A DNA stretch of 24,948 nucleotides from Lepidodermella squamata (Eukaryota > Animalia > Gastrotricha), in assembly GCA_047495785.1 (NCBI GenBank), contig JBLDXI010000106.1, positions 1 through 24,948 on the forward strand, given 5' to 3'. Position 1 is the stretch's first letter. Each line of letters starts with the position of its first letter. Below the pieces are notes generated by a model that worked only from the letters and a program-made list of their open reading frames with translations, did not search any database and had not been told where the DNA came from. Shown here piece after piece: positions 9,581-17,362 of this stretch. The translations under genes were made by a program, and so were the position numbers.

Positions 9581-10398
9581 AATATTGCTTCCGAGGAATG
9601 AGAGTCAAAGTCAGATTATTAGGGATGAACAAGGAACGAATAAACTTAAGGAGTTTTGGAAAAATTTCTTTTCGAAGTTGTCTCTCGTGAGAGTCTCTAT
9701 TGCTTGGAGATCGCGAGTTCAATCTTCTATCCATACCCAATCCTGTGACAGGACTTCACGGACTCCCTGTAGTTTGCGAACGCATTTCGAACATATTTCG
9801 AAATTTGCGAAAAATGGTTATCAAATATAATGCCCTAATTTTCATTCCAGATCTCCAGCAATGAATGCTATTTCCCGACTTCAGGCTATGTTAACGAGAA
9901 AAACAGTGTGCACTGGCCGTCGATATTAGAGAGCCCAAAAACTGCTCTCCGAAGTGCCTCCGATGTGCCCAGTGACAATGGCATCCGTTTCATTAGCCAT
10001 CAAATAAATTAAAAACAATTGTGATTAGCATATTTAGAAAAAGAGAATAAAAAGAAACGCACCTAATATTTTTACGCGCTGAAATCTCCGCTGGAAAAAG
10101 AAAATTTCAAATCCTGCCTTGAATTTAGCTAATCCACTTCGGATCCTATCATAGAGCTAGTTTCAAGATAGAGGTCCTACTCCTAACTAAGCCTGAAACC
10201 ACCATGGGCACCAGATGTTGTGATGAATCAGCATCGAGTGGTTGTAAAAGTAAACAAATCAGGTGATTTTTATATTGCCGATATTTCCTTCATGAAATGA
10301 ACAAATGAAATGAACAAATGAAAATGTTTTATTTTACGTCCACCTTCGGCTAAAAGTGATGGTAATAATATATATATACAAGCCTTACCCGTGAGGGT

Positions 10399-12831
10399 TT
10401 AGGGGACGGCTGACGACGAGAGATCAGCTTCAGGAACAGTCGCGAACAATCTGCTTTTTCCCATGAATTCATAATTTTCTATACTGTTACATAGTAGCTG
10501 CCATTCTTCCCGGTCTCTAGCTGTTACTTCCGCCAATTCTAAATCCGCAATTTTGTGAATTTCGATGCGTCGCATCAATAAGGTTGATTTACGGGGTCGC
10601 CCTCGTTTTTTAGGTTCATTAGGATCCCTGATACGTTTTTCATGTATATAAAAAATTCCGATTTTTAGAAGGCTTCTTCGGAGGCAGTCAGACCATCGGG
10701 TTGGCGGCCTGCCGCGAGGCAAGTACCAACTCGGGTCGACTGCTTTCCAATAATACATAATACTCGTGAGACTTTCAGGGTCATATTCGTCCTGTCGAAT
10801 TATATGGCCAAAATATCTCAGACGAAATTTTTCAATCAATTTACTCAATTCCATTACGTCGCAGATCAGTCTAATACCAACATTAGGAATATAATCTGTC
10901 CTAAACAGACCCATAATTGTTCTAAGCCATCGCATAAAGGTGACATTTAACCTTTGCTCTTGCTGGGTGGTCAGGTTCCAGGTTTCACATGCATAGGTGA
11001 CGGTAGGAATAACAACGCATTTAAGGACTTTCAATTTCGTAGCTAAGCTCACGTGTTTTCTATTACACATAAGTTTATTGAGGGCACCAAAGCAGCCGCC
11101 AGCTTTCGCTATGCGTGCCTTGATCTCCTCGTCCATTTTCCCGTCAGAAGTGATGATGCTTCCTAAATATTTGAAAGACGTCACTTTTTCCAAAAGTTTG
11201 CCGTCTAATTCAAGTTGGTAGTTTCTATCCTCACCGATCACCATGTATTGTGTTTTACTAATGCTGATTTTCAAGCCTAGCTCCGTACATGCCTTATTGA
11301 AAACATCCAATAATAATTTAATTTCTTCATGACTCATACCTATTAAAGTTCCATCATCCGCGAAGGCAATCAGGTTCAAAAATTGTTCAGTATTAATAGG
11401 GAAGCCACCTGGGGTGTCCATCAATTTTCGGCAGATTTTATCGAACGTTGCGATGAAGAGTAGCGGAGACAAGGGACAGCCTTGCCGTAAGCCCCTCTTC
11501 ACCACAAAGAAGTCCGAGAGTTGATTATTTATTTTGACTGCTACTTTGTTACATTTATAAAAGCTTTTAACAGCCGCAATAAGGTTAGCATCGACACCTA
11601 GTTCCTCGAGCGCGGCCCAGACCTTCTCGCGGTCGATCAGATCGTAGGCCTTCTCCAGGTCAATGAAAACTAAATGCATTTCCTTACCGCCGCAGCAAAT
11701 AACTTTTTCAATAAGTCTTCGAAGCACAAAAATGCAATCCCTACAGCCTTTCCTTGGTTGAAAGCCAAATTGACGTTTGGAAATTTTAGCGCCAATTAAA
11801 CTTCGCAATTTGCGTTCCAGGATGATCGCGTATAATTTTCCAACAACACTCAGTAAACTGATTCCGCGATAATTTTTGCAATCTGATTTTTCGCCCTTAT
11901 TCTTATATAGTGGTGCTATGATCGCCGTCGACCACTCCTCAGGGATGGTCTTGGTCGACCAAGCCTGATTTAGAATTTGCGCGAGCCATTCAATACCGGC
12001 GTCATCCAAGGCTTTCAGCATCTCTGGGGTTACCTCATCGATGCCGGCGGCCTTGCCATTTTTCATATGATTTAAGGCTGATTTGATTTCTTGAGTACTA
12101 ATACCGTCCGAATCAGGCGGAGGGGGTTCGTCGCTGCCAATGTTTGCGTCGCATTCCGCAATGAAGTCGTCGATCTCACAGCCCTCGAGGAGCTCCGAAA
12201 AGTAATCCTTCATCGCATCAAGAATTTCATCTAAATCAGTGACTAGTTCACCGTCTTTATTCTTTATCGGTTGTAATAATTGAGCGCCGCCATTTTTCTG
12301 GTTCCGTAGTTTTTTAACTTTAGCCCAAAATTTTCGTAAATTTTCCCAGTCATTTCCTTCGTTCAAATCGTTCAAATCATGTAATTCTCTAATGTTGAAA
12401 TCTTTCTCCAGTTTTTCAAGCAATTTTTTCTTCCAGTCTCGAACTTTGTTATACACTTCCTTAGTTATCAGAGATTTCTGGTACTGCGCATAGCTGGCTT
12501 TAGCTGTTTTCACAGCCTCTGCTGCCTGTTTGCACCACCAGGGTGGTTTTGGGTTGAAAATTGTTCTTGCTCGCTCACCGCACGCGATTCTAGTGGCTGA
12601 AAGCAGCGTGTTTTTCATGTTTTTGTATTGAGCGCTCAGGCTAGTAGATGTCGATGCTTCATCACTGACTTTCGAGTTGCGAAGATCAGTGATTTTTTCA
12701 TTGAAAACTGTTTGATAATTACTGTCACGTAGACGGTTATTGTTCAGAATTTTTCCAGAGTTAATTACTTTGGGTCTATTGTAATACGGGAGTTTTAGCT
12801 TAGCAACGACTAACCGATGATCAGATCCCAA
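10399..12831 (-). CDS. LINE ORF2 reverse transcriptase part (mirror copy)
   Basis: Translation identical to 17363-19795. Confidence 0.92.
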   Translation of the reverse strand: MGSDHRLVVAKLKLPYYNRPKVINSGKILNNNRLRDSNYQTVFNEKITDLRNSKVSDEASTSTSLSAQYKNMKNTLLSATRIACGERARTIFNPKPPWWCKQAAEAVKTAKASYAQYQKSLITKEVYNKVRDWKKKLLEKLEKDFNIRELHDLNDLNEGNDWENLRKFWAKVKKLRNQKNGGAQLLQPIKNKDGELVTDLDEILDAMKDYFSELLEGCEIDDFIAECDANIGSDEPPPPDSDGISTQEIKSALNHMKNGKAAGIDEVTPEMLKALDDAGIEWLAQILNQAWSTKTIPEEWSTAIIAPLYKNKGEKSDCKNYRGISLLSVVGKLYAIILERKLRSLIGAKISKRQFGFQPRKGCRDCIFVLRRLIEKVICCGGKEMHLVFIDLEKAYDLIDREKVWAALEELGVDANLIAAVKSFYKCNKVAVKINNQLSDFFVVKRGLRQGCPLSPLLFIATFDKICRKLMDTPGGFPINTEQFLNLIAFADDGTLIGMSHEEIKLLLDVFNKACTELGLKISISKTQYMVIGEDRNYQLELDGKLLEKVTSFKYLGSIITSDGKMDEEIKARIAKAGGCFGALNKLMCNRKHVSLATKLKVLKCVVIPTVTYACETWNLTTQQEQRLNVTFMRWLRTIMGLFRTDYIPNVGIRLICDVMELSKLIEKFRLRYFGHIIRQDEYDPESLTSIMYYWKAVDPSWYLPRGRPPTRWSDCLRRSLLKIGIFYIHEKRIRDPNEPKKRGRPRKSTLLMRRIEIHKIADLELAEVTARDREEWQLLCNSIENYEFMGKSRLFATVPEADLSSSAVP

Positions 12832-12841
12832 AACAGGTTCT

Positions 12842-13672
12842 TCAACGATATGACGAGTGGAATAATTGCCTATCCTCAGTAGGAGTTAGTACGAAATCAA
12901 TTAGCGATCGATTTTTACCGTCACCTGACACCCAAGAGTATCCGCAATTAGGAAAAAATGAGTTTACAAAGCACAAATTATTACTAGCCGCAAATTCAAC
13001 CCAGCAGTTGCCTTTTGGGTTTCCTATTGGATTAGCGTGTTCGCCTACAACTTTTGAGTTTTTCTGGCTTTTAGCTTGACCATTCAGGTCGCCCAGAATT
13101 ATAATTTTACCTGACTTAGTCACCAATCTATTGTATTCCAGCTGTAAATCAGAAATAAATTTGTCCAGTAATTTCGTGTCATTCGCCGCGGGTGCATAGA
13201 CTACTATGACGCTGAAGGTCTCACGATAGATTTTTAGCCTGGCCGACATTAATCGGTCGCTAACAAAATTTATTGATGTGACTTTGATAAATTTACATTT
13301 TTTTACGTACAATCCTGTCCCAGAACGGGCCGTCGCACCGTCATCCAGGCCACAATAATAAAAAGTTCCAGAACCAAGGTTGATTGAACCTTTCCCTTTC
13401 ATACGATGCTCTTGCACGGCTACCACGTGAAAATTTGCAAATTCATCATCCATCTCCCAATTTTTGTCTTTTTCGGTTCTAATATTTAGTGTTGCCAACA
13501 AAATCAGTCTAAATAATTCATAAGCTTGGTGGCTACGAAGGTTCTTTTTGTTGCGACGTCTTTTAGCAGATCGTTCGCCTACCTGTTCATCTTCATCTGA
13601 TCTCTCGTCGTTTCCTATCTTGCATTGATCAGAAAGTGTCAACAAAGGTTCGAAACAGTTTTTAGTATCCAC
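12842..13672 (-). CDS. LINE ORF2 APE endonuclease part (mirror copy, frameshifted from the RT part)
   Basis: Identical to 16522-17352. Confidence 0.88.
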   Translation of the reverse strand: MDTKNCFEPLLTLSDQCKIGNDERSDEDEQVGERSAKRRRNKKNLRSHQAYELFRLILLATLNIRTEKDKNWEMDDEFANFHVVAVQEHRMKGKGSINLGSGTFYYCGLDDGATARSGTGLYVKKCKFIKVTSINFVSDRLMSARLKIYRETFSVIVVYAPAANDTKLLDKFISDLQLEYNRLVTKSGKIIILGDLNGQAKSQKNSKVVGEHANPIGNPKGNCWVEFAASNNLCFVNSFFPNCGYSWVSGDGKNRSLIDFVLTPTEDRQLFHSSYR

Positions 13673-14052
13673 CGGTGTGTTATTGACGGTATGAGCGGCA
13701 TAGTAGCTTGTGCTCTGATTTTATTTATTAATTGGCACGCCTTTGCTACCGCCAGAACTGTAGCACTGAAATAACGCATATACCTTCAACGTGGAATACT
13801 CTGAAATAACGTAGTTCGTTCATGTTTGAATGAGTTAACCGTGAATAAAGTTTTTACTGGCAGGTCGAAATGGACCACTGTTTAACATGAGAAGGAACTT
13901 GAAGCTCGGCGTTTTATTTGAACAACACCATTGTTTTGAACTATATAAAGAACGTGCAGTTGCCAAGAAGATAACTATAATAGCCAAATGCATCATCTGT
14001 CCAGATTTGTTTGGTTCGCATGCCTCAAATTTAAAACTTTCGTTGAATGATA

Positions 14053-14169
14053 GGATCCATAGAGCTAGTTTCAAGATCCTACTCCTGACTAGGGCTGTAA
14101 ACGCCATGGGCGCCAGATGTGATGAATCAGCATCGAGTGGTTGGAAAAGTAAGCAAATCAGGTGATTTT
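14053..14169. repeat. Diverged ~120-bp repeat, direct to 10141-10270 and inverted to 19924-20053
   Basis: Shared atagagctagtttcaagat...cctactcct...ccatggg..ccagatgt...gatgaatcagcatcgagtggttg.aaaagtaa.caaatcaggtgatttt, with several indels. Confidence 0.85.
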
Positions 14170-14276
14170 CGATCGCTCATTATTCTTGAACTTAGTCATA
14201 GTAAACAATTCCCGGCAGATCCAGGTAGCTCTTGAAACGATGAACACATTTATTATTTTTTTCGAAATTTCAACTA

Positions 14277-15220
14277 CCGCATTTCATCAAATAATAGCCA
14301 TGGCTACTATTTTTTCCGAAACTCCGAAAATGGTCCAAAAAAGAGGCAATTATTCGAGGGGGCTATTATTCGAGGGGTGCTATTATTTATCGGTAATTGG
14401 CAATTTCATCATCGCAAATCGTTTGCGCTGTTGAATTCTCTGTTTTTTACCCATACTGCTAATTAATCCTCGGCATCAACTAACAACGGCTTACGTCCAC
14501 CACCTTAATCCGCTTAGCAGTATAAGGCGACGCAATTAGGACAGCTTTTTCCTTCCTCCTCCCTCCTCCAGCGCGCCACCTGCTTCGGACAAGGCATGGC
14601 GTGGCTATTATTCGAGGGGGGCTATTATTTACTTTGGGTCTATTTCACCGCCCTAAAAATAAATGTTTTTGCATTGTGAAATTCCATTTTCATTTAAATT
14701 TGTAGCGTATCGGGGTCGAAAAACGAGAGCCAAAAGCATCATATTTACAGGATCTTTGATGTTCTCGGACGCACGGATTAGAACTTTCGTCCGAAAATTC
14801 ATTTTTTGCCCGTGTCGCCCACCACCCCCGACACGTTCCGAGAGGCTGCGAAAATCGTGTGGCGCCACGTGCATCGCTACTTAATCCCGTTGTCCGTCTC
14901 TTTTGGGCGCCACCCACCCGTAGGACGACCCGGATGCCGCCCAAAACACGGCCTAAAAATGCGTCAGAAGTGCATCGGAGCGCATCGACAGAGAAATTGG
15001 AGGGTGCCTAATACCGGGTGCGCGCGTTTGGCAAGAATTAAGATGCGAAAAAACAGCTTGGCAGAATTTAAAAAAGTGTGTCGATCGTATTTCATCATTT
15101 TTTATATAATTTTTAAGGCGGTGAAATACACCCTTTTAAATGCTCAAAATAGCCTAAAATTTCGGGCTATTATTCGAGGGGGCTTTTATTCGAGTGAGGC
15201 TATTAATCGATGAAATACGG
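14277..15220. mobile_element. Non-autonomous pogo/Tc2-like element (MITE) with TA TSD
   Basis: TA|ccgcatttcatcaaataatagcc ... ggctattaatcgatgaaatacgg|TA. Subterminal (ggctattattcgagggg)-type repeats at 14345-14388, 14603-14630 and 15165-15210. No credible coding sequence. Confidence 0.85.
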
Positions 15221-15638
15221 TATTTCGAAATGGGGGAAAATCGCAAAAAATGAAATTGATCAATTAATAAAATATGGAAACTGCCAATAAGAAGGTGAAA
15301 TTGAAGGGTATTTCTAACGGACCAGGTAATTCTGATCACGCTCTACAATTAGATGCTTGGAGCGAGCTTGGAAGATTTTTTTCAGATTTTCTAGAATTTT
15401 TTTATTTATTGAATGAATGGTTTTTCACTACATTTTGACTCTGATCCAGCTGCGGACTCAATCCAGCCACACCATGTGCACATGGCGCACGTGCTGTCAA
15501 CAAAGAACCTGGATAGAATCCAACAGGCTATCTCCATTTTTGTAATGTAAAAAACCAGGTGGAATAATTCATAAAATCATAGAAAATCAGGAAACAACTG
15601 ACTGGAAAAAGCGGTACCAGCTGTACTCTCGGCTAACT

Positions 15639-16532
15639 TTGGAGGTGGCCAAGCTCTACGAGAGCAAGGCGAAGCTCGAGGAGGAGCTGTCGATGCACAG
15701 TCGACGGCTTCATCAGCTTGAATTGGCGGATGCCAGCAAGTCGCTGGTGATTGGGGGCTTCGCAGAGAACGCTACCGATGAGGAGATCTTCGACGTCCTT
15801 GATGATTTGCTTGAAGACGTGGAATTCGATGTTTTCGAGCGTCTGGGCAAGACCACTTATCGAGTCACGTTCCATTCGCAATCCCATGCGAAGCGGGTCC
15901 TCGATGCTATCTCCTTGCGATGGGAAAAGCCTCATTTTGCGAAACCCTACTATTCGTTCCATCAGCGAGAAGTGCGAAACGAAGCGAAGAGTTACATCGA
16001 AAACCGCCCAGACAAAGCGGAACTGAAAATCCAAGGGAACAGAATTGTGAAAGATGGAAAAACCGAGGTTTTCTACAATTCACGAAAGAAAGCATGGATC
16101 AAGCCAGAGGCGGCGACCGTCGATCGGCCGTTCGTTAACAACCGTCGTGGCTCACAATACCCGGGTAGTCAAGAACATCGACAGGCTCCCGAGGATGTCC
16201 ACAACAATGGCGGAAATGAGGTCAATCGCGGAAACCAGGCCAATGGCGGAAATCAGGTCAATGGCGGAAACCAGGCCAACAGACAGCAGAATCAGCAACA
16301 ACAACATACCAACCAGATGGCACGTGCTGGCACGTGCTTCAATTGCAATGCTCCAGGTCATTACTGGCGCCAGTGCCCGGCACCAGTGCAACCACGTGCG
16401 CCGCCCGTACGCAACAATAACAACAAAAACAAGTTTTTCAACCCGCGCATGGCACGCGACAACCGACGAAACGAACACGCGCCGCCAACGCCGAACTACA
16501 ACGCACAACAACAACACACCGGTGGATACTAA
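15639..16532 (+). CDS. LINE ORF1 nucleic-acid-binding protein (probably 5'-incomplete)
   Basis: Coiled-coil-like N-terminus, RRM-like segment (SLVIGGF...FERLGK...YRVTF), N/Q/G-rich linker and zinc knuckle CFNCNAPGHYWRQC (CX2CX4HX4C). The frame is open from 15546 but the first ATG is at 15693. Confidence 0.8.
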   Translation: MEVAKLYESKAKLEEELSMHSRRLHQLELADASKSLVIGGFAENATDEEIFDVLDDLLEDVEFDVFERLGKTTYRVTFHSQSHAKRVLDAISLRWEKPHFAKPYYSFHQREVRNEAKSYIENRPDKAELKIQGNRIVKDGKTEVFYNSRKKAWIKPEAATVDRPFVNNRRGSQYPGSQEHRQAPEDVHNNGGNEVNRGNQANGGNQVNGGNQANRQQNQQQQHTNQMARAGTCFNCNAPGHYWRQCPAPVQPRAPPVRNNNNKNKFFNPRMARDNRRNEHAPPTPNYNAQQQHTGGY

Positions 16533-17352
16533 AAACTGTTTCGAACCTTTGTTGACACTTTCTGATCAATGCAAGATAGGAAACGACGAGAGATCAGATG
16601 AAGATGAACAGGTAGGCGAACGATCTGCTAAAAGACGTCGCAACAAAAAGAACCTTCGTAGCCACCAAGCTTATGAATTATTTAGACTGATTTTGTTGGC
16701 AACACTAAATATTAGAACCGAAAAAGACAAAAATTGGGAGATGGATGATGAATTTGCAAATTTTCACGTGGTAGCCGTGCAAGAGCATCGTATGAAAGGG
16801 AAAGGTTCAATCAACCTTGGTTCTGGAACTTTTTATTATTGTGGCCTGGATGACGGTGCGACGGCCCGTTCTGGGACAGGATTGTACGTAAAAAAATGTA
16901 AATTTATCAAAGTCACATCAATAAATTTTGTTAGCGACCGATTAATGTCGGCCAGGCTAAAAATCTATCGTGAGACCTTCAGCGTCATAGTAGTCTATGC
17001 ACCCGCGGCGAATGACACGAAATTACTGGACAAATTTATTTCTGATTTACAGCTGGAATACAATAGATTGGTGACTAAGTCAGGTAAAATTATAATTCTG
17101 GGCGACCTGAATGGTCAAGCTAAAAGCCAGAAAAACTCAAAAGTTGTAGGCGAACACGCTAATCCAATAGGAAACCCAAAAGGCAACTGCTGGGTTGAAT
17201 TTGCGGCTAGTAATAATTTGTGCTTTGTAAACTCATTTTTTCCTAATTGCGGATACTCTTGGGTGTCAGGTGACGGTAAAAATCGATCGCTAATTGATTT
17301 CGTACTAACTCCTACTGAGGATAGGCAATTATTCCACTCGTCATATCGTTGA
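16519..17352 (+). CDS. LINE ORF2 apurinic-like endonuclease (APE) part; start uncertain, frame open from 16027
   Basis: Motifs LATLNIRT, VVAVQEH, GTGLYV, SDRLM, VVYAP, IILGDLNG, SLIDFVL. The final SDH motif lies in the next frame. Confidence 0.88.
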   Translation, partial: PVDTKNCFEPLLTLSDQCKIGNDERSDEDEQVGERSAKRRRNKKNLRSHQAYELFRLILLATLNIRTEKDKNWEMDDEFANFHVVAVQEHRMKGKGSINLGSGTFYYCGLDDGATARSGTGLYVKKCKFIKVTSINFVSDRLMSARLKIYRETFSVIVVYAPAANDTKLLDKFISDLQLEYNRLVTKSGKIIILGDLNGQAKSQKNSKVVGEHANPIGNPKGNCWVEFAASNNLCFVNSFFPNCGYSWVSGDGKNRSLIDFVLTPTEDRQLFHSSYR

Positions 17353-17362
17353 AGAACCTGTT

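Larger units (their letters stand above)
5246..13681. repeat. Left arm of giant inverted duplication (at least 8436 bp)
   Basis: ORF coordinates mirror with a constant sum of 30194 and give identical translations. The window end reverse-complements to 5246 onward. Identity stops at 13681/16513. Confidence 0.98.
10292..13681 (-). mobile_element. Mirror copy of the RTE/RTEX-like LINE, truncated at the palindrome breakpoint (no ORF1)
   Basis: Reverse complement of 16513-19902. Confidence 0.92.

Noticed and set aside
13835-14200. Minus-strand LFQPLD / SPDL peptides as a transposase relic
   Set aside because: The motifs are too short and lie in different frames; not supportable without a search.
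14345-15210. CRISPR-like or iteron repeats (ggctattattcgagggg)
   Set aside because: Irregular spacing, eukaryotic context and position between TA-flanked TIRs identify them as transposon subterminal repeats.
16054-16518. N-terminal ~155 aa of the 432-aa ORF, and antisense ORF 16152-16517, as real proteins
   Set aside because: Probably shadow frames of the low-complexity N/Q-rich part of ORF1, where stop codons are rare. No recognisable motifs.
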